IMG/VR virus record: IMGVR_UViG_3300045988_130225
Span: 32,001-96,000 of that record
Direction: 5' to 3' (one strand)
Source of the DNA: a virus
Length of the DNA stretch: 64,000 nt
Under the pieces are notes generated by a model. The model was not told the origin of the DNA, made no database searches, and saw only the letters and a program-made list of their open reading frames with translations. This document shows, piece by piece, positions 1-9,597 of the stretch. The position numbers and the translations under genes were made by a program. Within the stretch, counting starts at the first letter, position 1. Each line of letters opens with the position of its first letter.

Positions 1-1074
1 TTGTGATACAAGTTTCACGAGTGGAAATGTGATGCTCGACGATAAAATCACCACGCCGGATATAATAAATGGTGAAATTTCTAACGCGGCGTAACCATTT
101 TCAGTTGCCGTTCCAGAAATTGATATTAACCCATTTTTTGCAGTAATCGTTACACCCCTATTAGTACCTGACCCGTCTGAGATATACAGCAAGTTTTTTC
201 CCGTCACCTTCACCGTCACACTCCCACCGTCACCTGCACTCACGATAGGCACAGGATTATCAGGGCTGGGTGTTCCGTCCTGCGTACTCTTTCCGTATAC
301 ATTCAGGCCGCACAGTGGGGCAGCAAAAGCGTCATTACAGCTTACCGGGTTGCCTGTCTCGCTTCCAACAAGCACATTCTGGCGCTTCTGCAACGCAGTA
401 GTATCTTCATTTAGCTGATTAGTCTTATCATCTAATTCTGTCTTAATATCATCAGCATATTTCTTAGTTACAACGTCAGTATCGTTTACAGGAGTGCTAA
501 CGCCAGTAATAGTGCTTTTGCCATTAAATTTGACAACGCCTGTAACTGGATTGTCCTCTGTGGTTCCTGTCAAAGGTATATAATTATTACCCAGATAACG
601 TAAATTAACCACATCGGTATCGGACAATGGGTCAGCAACGCCTGTAATTACATATTGTTTACTGGTATCATCAGAGTTAGAAAACTCTATAGCTTCATAA
701 GAAAATGGCTCTCTTGTTTCTGGATTTGTTGTTTCAAGATGTACTAAATTTAATGCTACAGTATATTCACCAGTTTCATCTTTTAAAGTAATAGACTTAG
801 CGTTAAGCAATGAATTACCATTCATGTTAATGTCACCAGTCATAATACCACCTGATAACGGTAAGTAATCATCACTTGGAGCAGTACCACCTCTAGTTAT
901 TGGATACCAAATTTTGTTTTCTTTATCAAAACGGTATTCTTGCATGTTATTATCAACTTCATAAAAAGCACTACCGTTAGGAACATCTTCTGTTGGTTTT
1001 ACATCTGTGGTATTGCCGTAAAATTCTGTAAAAATTGTGCCGTTAGCACCACCAACTTTGTTTACTGTTCTCAT
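1..1074 (-). CDS. Tail appendage/fibre-like protein, partial (C-terminus beyond window)
   Basis: Open minus frame from ATG at 1074 (MRTVNKVGGANGTIFTEFYGNTTDVKP...LPLSGGIMTGDINMNG...LCGLNVYGKSTQDGTPSPDNPVPIVS...GKNLLYI) running off the left edge. The LPLSGGxMTGxI and NVYGKSTQDGTPxPxxPVPI motifs are typical of Firmicutes phage tail appendages. Confidence 0.85.
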   Translation of the reverse strand, partial: MRTVNKVGGANGTIFTEFYGNTTDVKPTEDVPNGSAFYEVDNNMQEYRFDKENKIWYPITRGGTAPSDDYLPLSGGIMTGDINMNGNSLLNAKSITLKDETGEYTVALNLVHLETTNPETREPFSYEAIEFSNSDDTSKQYVITGVADPLSDTDVVNLRYLGNNYIPLTGTTEDNPVTGVVKFNGKSTITGVSTPVNDTDVVTKKYADDIKTELDDKTNQLNEDTTALQKRQNVLVGSETGNPVSCNDAFAAPLCGLNVYGKSTQDGTPSPDNPVPIVSAGDGGSVTVKVTGKNLLYISDGSGTNRGVTITAKNGLISISGTATENGYAALEISPFIISGVVILSSSITFPLVKLVSQ

Positions 1075-1102
1075 TTACGAACCCCTTTCTAATTTATGAT
1101 AA

Positions 1103-1135
1103 CAAAAAGAGAGGAACTATTATTAATTCCTCTCC
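1103..1135 (-). terminator. Rho-independent terminator
   Basis: GAGAGGAA/TTCCTCTC hairpin followed on the minus strand by a T-run. Confidence 0.7.
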
Positions 1136-1158
1136 ATTGTAATATATTTATTTAATTA

Positions 1159-1338
1159 TCAATCCTTAACAGGTCTTTGGGTCTGAGGTCTTACACGTTC
1201 ATCTGTTTTACCAGTTGCAGGGCCAGTTGTTACATAGGTTGTATCCTGTGCGCCCTTTGGTCTTTTAGTCTGTGCTAAATCATTTGCCATCTGTTCCTTG
1301 GTTCTATGGTCTGCATGCTTTCCAGTTGCTACTGCCAT
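1159..1338 (-). CDS. Small hydrophilic protein (59 aa)
   Basis: MAVATGKHADHRTKEQMANDLAQTKRPKG...; internal ATG of the ORF-track entry with an RBS (AAAGGAGG) upstream. Confidence 0.7.
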   Translation of the reverse strand: MAVATGKHADHRTKEQMANDLAQTKRPKGAQDTTYVTTGPATGKTDERVRPQTQRPVKD

Positions 1339-1473
1339 AATAATTACCTCCTTTAAGGTTAATATACAGAAATACATAATTTTTAAAATAGTTTTAGAAC
1401 AATTTTTATAGCACTTTATTTTTCATTTAAAACAGTAAGTCTGTAAACTTTCTATATGAATTGTTCTTTATTT

Positions 1474-1502
1474 ATAATACTACTTGTCACCTTATTTGTC
1501 AA
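1474..1502 (-). promoter_or_regulatory. sigma70/sigmaA-type promoter
   Basis: Minus strand TTGACA-17 nt-TATTAT. Confidence 0.75.
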
Positions 1503-1518
1503 GCGAATTTTAATCACT

Positions 1519-2079
1519 TTATGATAATTTTATCCATTTACTTGTAGTTGGAATTTCATCTTCAACACTTGTCAACATAATTCCATTATCATCATTCTCA
1601 AATGAATTAGTAACAGCCGTTTCCTCACCAATTTCCTCTTTATCCTTAGAATTGGACACATGAGTTACTACAGCCTTGTATAACTCACCGTACTCGTTAG
1701 TAACCCTATCTCCCTCTTTATATTCAACGCCCTCAGTCCATACTGGATAGAGTTCTGGAACTTCTACGGCTTGTTCGTCTGTGAAATTCTGTGCTGATAA
1801 TTTAGCTGTTTTATAAAGGGTCTTATTAATTTGTTGTAAAGTCGCAACTTGCTGTTCTTGTGTTGGAACGTAAGCAATTTCATTATCTTCTAAGTCATAA
1901 AACTTGCCGTTTTTATATTTGCAACCTATAAAACAAGGGTATTGTAAACAGTCTACTGCGATAGCTTCATTGCCGTAAGTACCTCTTGCAATCTGATTAG
2001 CAAGTTCATAATTGTCGCATACAATAATATTCTGTACAGTTTCCTCATGTACAATAGCAAAAACTTGATGTACAATCAT
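1519..2079 (-). CDS. Small tail-associated protein with carbohydrate-binding-module-like segment
   Basis: 186 aa; YPVWTEGVEYKEGDRVTNEYGELYKAVVTH resembles CBM5/12-type repeats. Confidence 0.65.
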   Translation of the reverse strand: MIVHQVFAIVHEETVQNIIVCDNYELANQIARGTYGNEAIAVDCLQYPCFIGCKYKNGKFYDLEDNEIAYVPTQEQQVATLQQINKTLYKTAKLSAQNFTDEQAVEVPELYPVWTEGVEYKEGDRVTNEYGELYKAVVTHVSNSKDKEEIGEETAVTNSFENDDNGIMLTSVEDEIPTTSKWIKLS

Positions 2080-2104
2080 ATCATTTCTATCCTTTCATTC
2101 TATA

Positions 2105-2350
2105 TTAATAAGCGAAAATACTATTCACTGTTAAAGTGCCAGTTTGTTGGGCTTGTGGATTAGTGGTATAAAAAGTTGTACCAGTTAATACTTGATTTAC
2201 ATTGGCGTTACCAGTTAATTCAAGAGTTCCAATTTGTTCATCATCAGAACCTAAACCAAGAAAGATATAACCTTTCATAACTTCTGATTTGGTTGCAGTC
2301 AATTCAGAAGTATCAACGCCACCAGATATAAAATTATTAATTATAGCCAT
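2105..2350 (-). CDS. Small tail protein resembling N-terminal module of the neighbouring glycine-rich protein
   Basis: 81 aa, MAIINNFISGGVDTSELTATKSEVMKGYIFLGLGSDDEQIGTLELTGNA; similar to MSIMNRFPTGGGSSDIATAEPNNVLKGYTFVGKDSDDIQTGTLELTGNA of 2366..3703. Confidence 0.7.
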   Translation of the reverse strand: MAIINNFISGGVDTSELTATKSEVMKGYIFLGLGSDDEQIGTLELTGNANVNQVLTGTTFYTTNPQAQQTGTLTVNSIFAY

Positions 2351-2365
2351 ATGATACTCCTTTCT

Positions 2366-3703
2366 TTATTTGAAACGGATAAGGATAATTCCAGAACCAC
2401 CAGTACCACCGTCCCTACCACTATAAGCATAGCCACCACCGCCACCACCTGCTCCACCACCAGTATTAGCAGAACCATTGCCGCCCGCACTAGCAAAAAT
2501 GTAATCTGGTTCACTAGAAGAACCTCCACTTCTATAGGTACCATTACCACCATGACCGCCACCTATAGAACCACCAGAGCCACCCCAGTTACCCGGTGTT
2601 AAAGCACCTAATCCTTGTCCACCAGAACCACCACCGCCAGAATAAACAGTACCAGAACTTTCACCAAATGGGCGAGTTGTTGTTCCTTGACCTAATCCTT
2701 GACTATTTGTGACACCAGGACTATTACCACCATTGCCACCATTACTACCGCCATTATTTCCATAAGTATATCCATACGCTGAACCACCTACTCCACCGCC
2801 ACTACCGCCACAACTAGCACGATAATATGGTGAAGTAGTTTCACCGTCACCGCCATATCCACCAGAAGCAGTACATAATGTAGTTCCGCTTCTTGTTACA
2901 GAAGTAGTGCCACCAGTACCCCCATTAGCGCCGCCACCGCCACCAATAGAGCATACTAAAGTTTGTCCAGAAGATACACTAACATTAGAAGCAGTTTTAG
3001 TGTAGCCACCACCGCCACCACCGCCACCATAAGTTGAATTTCTATCTCGACTTTCTCCATGCCCACCACCGCCACCACCACCAACACAAAATATATCAAC
3101 TTGACTATATCCACTTGGTACAGTTACATTTGTACTACTTGTAATCGTCTGTGTATATGTACTACCACTTACAATATTACCTTGTATTGGTGTTCCTATC
3201 AATTCCCCATTACTTGTCACACAATAACTATACACACTTATGTAATACCTAGTTCCAAGATTAGGAAACCCCAAAGTAACACTACTTCTACCACCACTTG
3301 TAGTATTATTTCCAGTACCTTTATAAATCTGAGTACCACCAGTCCCAGGATTTCCACTTGTGCTATATTTAACATATACACCACTATAAGGTCTACCAGT
3401 AGTTTGTATAGGGTTAGACCAAGTAACAGTAATATTTCTACCACTAGAAACAGCTAAGTTTAAATTACTTACATTACCAACTTCCATTGTGCCAGTAACC
3501 TTAATTTTAGCGTCTGTATTATAAAACGTAGCACCTTTGATAACATGACTTTCTATAGCGTTTCCAGTCAGTTCCAATGTGCCAGTTTGTATATCGTCAC
3601 TATCTTTTCCTACGAATGTATATCCTTTTAATACATTATTTGGTTCAGCAGTTGCAATATCAGAACTACCACCACCAGTAGGAAATCTATTCATAATTGA
3701 CAT
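2366..3703 (-). CDS. Glycine-rich tail/receptor-binding-like protein
   Basis: 445 aa; N-terminal module, fibronectin-type-III-like segment, then long polyglycine-rich loops (GGGGGGGHGESRDRNSTYGGGGGGGGYT...). Confidence 0.75.
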   Translation of the reverse strand: MSIMNRFPTGGGSSDIATAEPNNVLKGYTFVGKDSDDIQTGTLELTGNAIESHVIKGATFYNTDAKIKVTGTMEVGNVSNLNLAVSSGRNITVTWSNPIQTTGRPYSGVYVKYSTSGNPGTGGTQIYKGTGNNTTSGGRSSVTLGFPNLGTRYYISVYSYCVTSNGELIGTPIQGNIVSGSTYTQTITSSTNVTVPSGYSQVDIFCVGGGGGGGHGESRDRNSTYGGGGGGGGYTKTASNVSVSSGQTLVCSIGGGGGANGGTGGTTSVTRSGTTLCTASGGYGGDGETTSPYYRASCGGSGGGVGGSAYGYTYGNNGGSNGGNGGNSPGVTNSQGLGQGTTTRPFGESSGTVYSGGGGSGGQGLGALTPGNWGGSGGSIGGGHGGNGTYRSGGSSSEPDYIFASAGGNGSANTGGGAGGGGGGYAYSGRDGGTGGSGIILIRFK

Positions 3704-3730
3704 AAAATCACCTCTTTTTGTTAATAAAAC

Positions 3731-4147
3731 TTATCCAATAATCAGCACTTGGATGGGTAAATCTTCCGTTGGCTTATTCTTATAAGCTGTAAGAGTAATC
3801 TGATTTTCTGCTTGTGCTGTACACTGAATGATACATTTCATGGATAGTTTAATTTGGTCTAAGGTTGCATTTGAAGCTAAACCAACCTCAATATTATTCT
3901 CAGCCGTAACACCATTTACTGTTAAAGTTAATGTATATGGTGCATTATCACCTTGCCAATCTGCACTAGGAGCATTTACTTGCACACTTACAGATTTAAA
4001 AGCACCATTTTCTACATTTTTTATTTTAGTCTGAGGATATAATTGGTCATATCCAGTATCAGTTTTTACATTCATTTCTATGTTATAACTTGCCATATTT
4101 TCACCAACTTTCTTTATTAAACTTCGATAGATAAAATTTTCCACCAT
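3731..4147 (-). CDS. Hypothetical tail-region protein
   Basis: 138-aa ORF in the late operon (MASYNIEMNVKTDTGYDQLYPQTKIKNV from an internal ATG). Confidence 0.6.
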   Translation of the reverse strand: MVENFIYRSLIKKVGENMASYNIEMNVKTDTGYDQLYPQTKIKNVENGAFKSVSVQVNAPSADWQGDNAPYTLTLTVNGVTAENNIEVGLASNATLDQIKLSMKCIIQCTAQAENQITLTAYKNKPTEDLPIQVLIIG

Positions 4148-4806
4148 TGACCACCAACTTCTAATTGTTCGTCAGTTGGTTCTGTTTCAGATACAATAAC
4201 TCTTGCTTTTGGAAACTTCATAAATACCTGCCATGTGCTAGGTGTGGTATCTGGTTGAACATTTGTATTCGCTTTTAAAGCAATATACATTACATTTTCA
4301 TAAGTAACAACGTCATTAATAGCATAATTTACTGTTTTATCCCAAACATCTTTTAACTGAACGTCAATACTTGTCGCACCAACCTCACCTTTTAAGCCAA
4401 TCAACACCCAGTATTCCATATCAGTAGGCAGATTTCCAGTTGATTGTTTTAAACACATATAAACTTGTTTGTCATAAACAACAAAGTTATACATTTCATA
4501 TTGTATATCAGCTTGATATTCTTTCTTATTTATGTAATTATTAAGCATTGTCTGAAATAATTGTTCATCTTCTGCAAGTTTAACCTCTACTGCATTGTAA
4601 TATAAATTCTGTAAATATTCAAGAGCCGTATGAATCATATTGAAACATATTGGCATAACCGTTTCAGAATCAATGTCATCATTGTTCATAATTAACGCTA
4701 ATGCTTGACTAAAATAACCCTCTCTAAAATATTGAGAAAACTGTTGCATTAAGTTTCTATTACTTAATGATAAGTCTTGCCAACGTCTGACTTCAAAACT
4801 TGCCAT
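4117..4806 (-). CDS. Baseplate/tail protein with CBM-like repeats
   Basis: 229 aa; VWDKTVNYAINDVVTYENVMYIALKANTNVQPDTTPSTWQVF. Confidence 0.65.
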   Translation of the reverse strand: MASFEVRRWQDLSLSNRNLMQQFSQYFREGYFSQALALIMNNDDIDSETVMPICFNMIHTALEYLQNLYYNAVEVKLAEDEQLFQTMLNNYINKKEYQADIQYEMYNFVVYDKQVYMCLKQSTGNLPTDMEYWVLIGLKGEVGATSIDVQLKDVWDKTVNYAINDVVTYENVMYIALKANTNVQPDTTPSTWQVFMKFPKARVIVSETEPTDEQLEVGGQWWKILSIEV

Positions 4807-4820
4807 ATTTTTTTCCTTTC

Positions 4821-5552
4821 TTAGTTCACAATTCTAAACCATAAATCACCAGTTTCTTGTTGACTTGGCGTTCCCCCTTGTACTGGAATTTCTCTAGGTC
4901 TAACAGAACCAATATTAACCCAGTATTGCGAACCCTCAAAAGGTGCTTGGTTATTATTAGCTTCAATACAAGCCCACACATAGTTACCGTATGTTACTAC
5001 GTTCTGTGTGGTGTAATGTACTGTACTATCCCATTCTCCTAAGAAAGACAATCCCTCACCAGAATCACCTTTTTCACCACGAATAGAAAGCACTCGCCAA
5101 TAAGTTGTATTTGTGGGATCTGTTCCCAAAGGTGGATTAGTAACAGCAATATACACATAATTTACACCGTTATAGGTGTATGTTACAAAGTTATTCTTAG
5201 AATAGGTTATAGTAGGGTTATATATTCCCTTATAGCCAAATAAATTGATGATATTCTGCCATTTAATTTGCTTGCCCTCTACATAAGGTTGCACATCAGT
5301 TTTATAAAAATTTTCCAACGCTTCACAAGTATTGATAATCGTATTTAATTTTTGAGCATTGATAATCTTTTGATTACCGTTTGGAATTTGTGCAAATATA
5401 TTTTGTGCGGTTTCATAATCATTAGACTGAATAGCTGTCTGATATTGCTGAATTAATTGTGCGTCAGAAGCCGTAATATCCAAAAAAGTTGTAAATGTTT
5501 GTACTTGATTAGGAAAAGTCGTACTCGGAAATTGAGGGTAACGTTCACTCAT
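4821..5552 (-). CDS. Baseplate/tail protein with CBM-like repeats
   Basis: 243 aa; two YxxxNxVTYxxxxYxxI/C...YW modules plus a GEKGDSG segment. Confidence 0.65.
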   Translation of the reverse strand: MSERYPQFPSTTFPNQVQTFTTFLDITASDAQLIQQYQTAIQSNDYETAQNIFAQIPNGNQKIINAQKLNTIINTCEALENFYKTDVQPYVEGKQIKWQNIINLFGYKGIYNPTITYSKNNFVTYTYNGVNYVYIAVTNPPLGTDPTNTTYWRVLSIRGEKGDSGEGLSFLGEWDSTVHYTTQNVVTYGNYVWACIEANNNQAPFEGSQYWVNIGSVRPREIPVQGGTPSQQETGDLWFRIVN

Positions 5553-5614
5553 AAATCACACTTCCTTTCTATGTAATCTAAATATTATTATATATTATTC
5601 TTTATTTTATTACA

Positions 5615-5650
5615 ACAAAAAAGAGTGAATCTATTAAGAAACACTCTTTC
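5615..5650 (-). terminator. Rho-independent terminator
   Basis: Minus strand AAGAGTG...CACTCTT hairpin followed by T-run. Confidence 0.6.
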
Positions 5651-6057
5651 TTGCTACCAAAAACGTATTACAGGAGGTTTAATGAAAATAAGAAAAATAT
5701 GCTTAGTTCTTTTTTCCAAGCATTATGTCACCATTCACCTTTTATCTCTCGCACATAAAAGGGTTCAGCTTTTTGTGACTAACTACCTATCTAATCATAG
5801 GTTAGTTTGAATTGTCACCATCACAGGCTTTTTTCAACTTTAGCTGAATTAATTTCATTATCACTATGGCAAGTAAATGATAATGAAAATCCAGTTAAGA
5901 AAAGGAACGTTGTGGATTTTTCGCACATGGATACGAACAACAATGTATACAATTTATAAGGAGAACATATATCTTTTATTTCCTTTCCTTAACTTAATTA
6001 TATCTTACCATACTTTACGCCTTGTGTCAATAGTTATTTTGAAATATTTCCACTTAT

Positions 6058-7470
6058 TTAGAAACTTTCGTATTCTGGATAATAAGCAATCATACTTATA
6101 TTCATTGAACCACTTTCTTGCATATCAGCACTAAAACTTTTTACAAGATACTGTTTTGGAACTGTAGAATCTTTAGGTGTGTATGAAACAACTATATTTA
6201 CGTCAAGCCACCATATAGGGACACATGTCAAACTTACACTGTCATTCATTCTGGTTCGTAAATATAATTCATATTTAGCACGTTGTCTTGCTAAATCATT
6301 AGTATATATATTATCATATTCACCCCCAGACAAAGGAATTGCTATCTCACCTATTGTACCCCCTACATAATAAGGGCTTTGTGGATTATCGTCTTTAGCT
6401 TCACCGTATATCTGTTGATAGCCTAGGTATATAAACTTACCATTCTGGTATCTGGCAACGTAATACTGGTTGTTACGGTCTAGTACCGCCGCTGTTCCGT
6501 CCTCATTAACCAAAGGTAATGCGCTGTTATCATTCACTTTAATATAAGGACTTGCAACTGCTGTAGTAGCCGTCCAACCTACTGTGAAACTTGTATCTGC
6601 ATCAAAAGTTGTTGGATAATCTGCAATAGTAAGAGTATAAGTATTTCCACTCTGAGTTATATTACTTGGATAATATGTTGGGTCGATTGATTTTCCAAAT
6701 ACTCTTACTACATTTTTAACGCTTTCAAAATCAGACGTAATACTTTCTGATGTTACAATATTATCCCATACATCGTCATCCAATAAAGACGGTTCATTAT
6801 GTCCACTTGGAATCTTTTGATACCTAAATACTCCGTTTACATCAAAGAAAATTTCCATAGTTGCATCTACATCTCTTAATTGAGAAAGTAATGAATAAAC
6901 ACTATCACCAACGTCTACTTGTATATCATAAGGTAAAGCATATGGCAATTCTTCAAGGACATATTTAGTTACTCCTACTAACTTTAACACACTAATCATA
7001 GCGTTTCTTACGTTACTACCTTGTGGAATCGTTGTTGGCATATCTGAAATATAACCATTTCTTGTACCATTCAGTCTTGCCATAAGGTCAAGTCCCTCAA
7101 ATGATAATGAATTAGTAGAAGCGTCATAATTCCATGTAGGGGTATTGATAAGATAAATACCTAAATTTACCCATTCCCAGTCTTTTGCAAGTATATCATA
7201 TTCACCTATATAAATCTGAACATATCTATCCAACCATATTCTTCCACCAGATTTTATCTCAAAATCAGCGGTATCTTTCAGTGCTAAAGTAATACTACAT
7301 GAACGCCTTTGGTCATTGTTACTATCACAATTTATATTACCACTGATAACATAACCCTGTATTTCATTTACGGTCTGATACTCATAATTGAGCAGATTTA
7401 TCTTTATTTGACGTTCTCTCATTCGTTGTTTTGCGATATTGTATAAATTTTGCGTTATATTTAATGGCAT
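6058..7470 (-). CDS. Tail-tip/baseplate protein (Tal/endopeptidase-tail-like)
   Basis: 470 aa, position downstream of the distal tail protein; LMARLNGTRNGYISDMPTTIPQGSNVRNAMISVLK... typical of siphovirus tail-tip proteins. Confidence 0.65.
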   Translation of the reverse strand: MPLNITQNLYNIAKQRMRERQIKINLLNYEYQTVNEIQGYVISGNINCDSNNDQRRSCSITLALKDTADFEIKSGGRIWLDRYVQIYIGEYDILAKDWEWVNLGIYLINTPTWNYDASTNSLSFEGLDLMARLNGTRNGYISDMPTTIPQGSNVRNAMISVLKLVGVTKYVLEELPYALPYDIQVDVGDSVYSLLSQLRDVDATMEIFFDVNGVFRYQKIPSGHNEPSLLDDDVWDNIVTSESITSDFESVKNVVRVFGKSIDPTYYPSNITQSGNTYTLTIADYPTTFDADTSFTVGWTATTAVASPYIKVNDNSALPLVNEDGTAAVLDRNNQYYVARYQNGKFIYLGYQQIYGEAKDDNPQSPYYVGGTIGEIAIPLSGGEYDNIYTNDLARQRAKYELYLRTRMNDSVSLTCVPIWWLDVNIVVSYTPKDSTVPKQYLVKSFSADMQESGSMNISMIAYYPEYESF

Positions 7471-7483
7471 AATTTATCCTCCC

Positions 7484-8416
7484 TTACGTTCCAGTAGTAG
7501 AAACTCCACTTACTACTGGTTCTACTAATCCAAATTCCATAAGGTCTTTTTCGTTATTTGCGTCACCAACCTCAACGTAATCAAAGGAAATATCTACCTT
7601 TCCCATACCCCAGTTGTTGTCATATGTAATGTTTGGTTCTGAACTTGGATAAACCAAATGTATCGAGTTATTCCAATCCTTTATGATTTTTGCTTTATTA
7701 TTTGTGATATAATTCAATATTTCTTCTGTTAATTTATTGATTTCGTATCTATTCATTATCCTATTCTTTTCATAATCCAAAGGTAGGACAGTAAAACTGA
7801 TACTATTGCTGTAATAATTCGTCTTAGCATTAGCAACAATTACTGGATATTTACTACCATAAGGCTCAAATACACCTATCTTCTTAACACGTTTACCAGT
7901 ACCATATGCTACCCCAGCGTAGAATTTATATATACTATCCTTTTCACAAATGAATACGCCCTTGAATTGAGAAGTGATACTATTGGTAATATAATCGCCC
8001 TCAGCACCGTTCAATATAGGAACTAAAGCATATTCATAATCTGTATTATTAGCGGCTATATAATCATTAAAAGCAAAGTTTAAATCTTCAAATGCTTTTA
8101 CTGTAACTGTCTTTAAAGTAACCCAGTTAAATGTACCTTTAATTCTACGTTTTACTTTAATAGCGGTCAAATATTGCAGTAAGAAATCTACATTACCGCC
8201 ATTGATATTACCGTCAAAATTAGCAACAATAATATCAAGATAAGCCCATTCAGTATTTTTAATAGGTGAATAATCACTAGTTACATTACTAGTTAAATGA
8301 AAATGGTCAAAGATACCGTTCTGAACTTGAACTGTTGTTACATTATTTACACTGGTAGGTGCAATATCTAGGCTGTTACCGTCTTGTACGAAATTGTACC
8401 CTAAGAAAGAAAACAT
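7484..8416 (-). CDS. Distal tail/baseplate protein
   Basis: 310 aa, positional inference. Confidence 0.5.
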   Translation of the reverse strand: MFSFLGYNFVQDGNSLDIAPTSVNNVTTVQVQNGIFDHFHLTSNVTSDYSPIKNTEWAYLDIIVANFDGNINGGNVDFLLQYLTAIKVKRRIKGTFNWVTLKTVTVKAFEDLNFAFNDYIAANNTDYEYALVPILNGAEGDYITNSITSQFKGVFICEKDSIYKFYAGVAYGTGKRVKKIGVFEPYGSKYPVIVANAKTNYYSNSISFTVLPLDYEKNRIMNRYEINKLTEEILNYITNNKAKIIKDWNNSIHLVYPSSEPNITYDNNWGMGKVDISFDYVEVGDANNEKDLMEFGLVEPVVSGVSTTGT

Positions 8417-8452
8417 ATTATCCTCTCACCTACTTTCTATTTGTTGTTATTA

Positions 8453-9577
8453 TTAATTTGTTGCAGTAGGAATTACGCTACCTAAATTTATCAAAGAAAT
8501 ATTATAAACATTTCCTATTCTTCTCACCCATAAAGTAAGATAATCTGTATTTTGTGGTAATGGAATATATTGAGAATATCTATAATAAACATCTTCTGCA
8601 ATACCACTGTCCACAGTCATATCTACATAGGCTTTAAGTTCTGTTTCGTTTCTATAATATCCGTTCCTATAAGTAAACGTAATCTTTTGACCTTGTGAAT
8701 TAGTAAAAAATGAGATTGGTGTGTCTACGTTCATATCTCTAAACCACCATTGAGCCGTAAAATCTCCGTTTAATTGGAAACCACTTGTCCACTTTGTCCA
8801 GTAACCGTCTGGTCTTAAATCAATTTCTTTACCGTCTACATTAGTAATATATATTGGTTCTTCTGGATTGCTTGAACCCTCAATAATACTAACAATACTT
8901 TCACCAGTGATATAACCATTAGTGCAATCATTAGTCAAACCAAGAATACCAAACACAGTTGGACTGGAATATGTAACAGTGATTAATATTTCACCAGTTG
9001 TTACATAAGTTCCATAAATAGTATAACCCTTGATTTCAATGTAATAAGTTGCTTTATCATCTAATCCAGTCAATAAATAAGTTTGAGTTACTGGTGGTTT
9101 AATACTCTGACCACCATAAATCTCACCACTGTTATTAATTTCAACATGGTTAGAATTATATAGAATCACATTATAATAGTTTAATAATTCACCCTCAATC
9201 TGATTATATGTAAACTCAAATAAAAAACTTGAAGAATTGATAATATTATTTGCGGGTAAATTGGTAAACTCTATTGTAGGTTGAGTATAGCACCAAAACT
9301 GTATAGGGTCACTTGGACTACTTACTTCGCCTTGTGCGTCATAAGTAGTTACATAAGCGTTATAATATGTACCATTAGTTAATGTATTAGGTGGAACAGT
9401 ATGCTCAAACTTAAATGAGTCCACAGACTGTTGGTATACAACTTGGTTTGTGGTGTTGTTACGAATTGTTAATTGGTTCTTTACAACTTGATTACCACCT
9501 GTTGAATAGAATGTAAATGTTGACTTTTGAGAAGCGTCAAATGCATTTATTGAATATAATATCGGTTTAGTTACCAT
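8453..9577 (-). CDS. Tail protein with Ig/fibronectin-like domains
   Basis: 374 aa; repeated beta-strand-rich segments (SSPSDPIQFWCYTQPTIEFTNLP...). Confidence 0.55.
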   Translation of the reverse strand: MVTKPILYSINAFDASQKSTFTFYSTGGNQVVKNQLTIRNNTTNQVVYQQSVDSFKFEHTVPPNTLTNGTYYNAYVTTYDAQGEVSSPSDPIQFWCYTQPTIEFTNLPANNIINSSSFLFEFTYNQIEGELLNYYNVILYNSNHVEINNSGEIYGGQSIKPPVTQTYLLTGLDDKATYYIEIKGYTIYGTYVTTGEILITVTYSSPTVFGILGLTNDCTNGYITGESIVSIIEGSSNPEEPIYITNVDGKEIDLRPDGYWTKWTSGFQLNGDFTAQWWFRDMNVDTPISFFTNSQGQKITFTYRNGYYRNETELKAYVDMTVDSGIAEDVYYRYSQYIPLPQNTDYLTLWVRRIGNVYNISLINLGSVIPTATN

Positions 9578-9597
9578 AAAATTTAATCACCTACTTT

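Noticed and set aside
2351-3785. Plus-strand ORFs (83, 132, 68 aa) antisense to the glycine-rich tail gene
   Set aside because: Composition (Thr/Ser-rich) is the mirror of GGN-rich codons on the minus strand; no RBS or family resemblance.
1-6134. Diversity-generating retroelement around tail fibre genes
   Set aside because: No reverse transcriptase or Avd-like ORF and no template/variable repeat pair recognised in the window.
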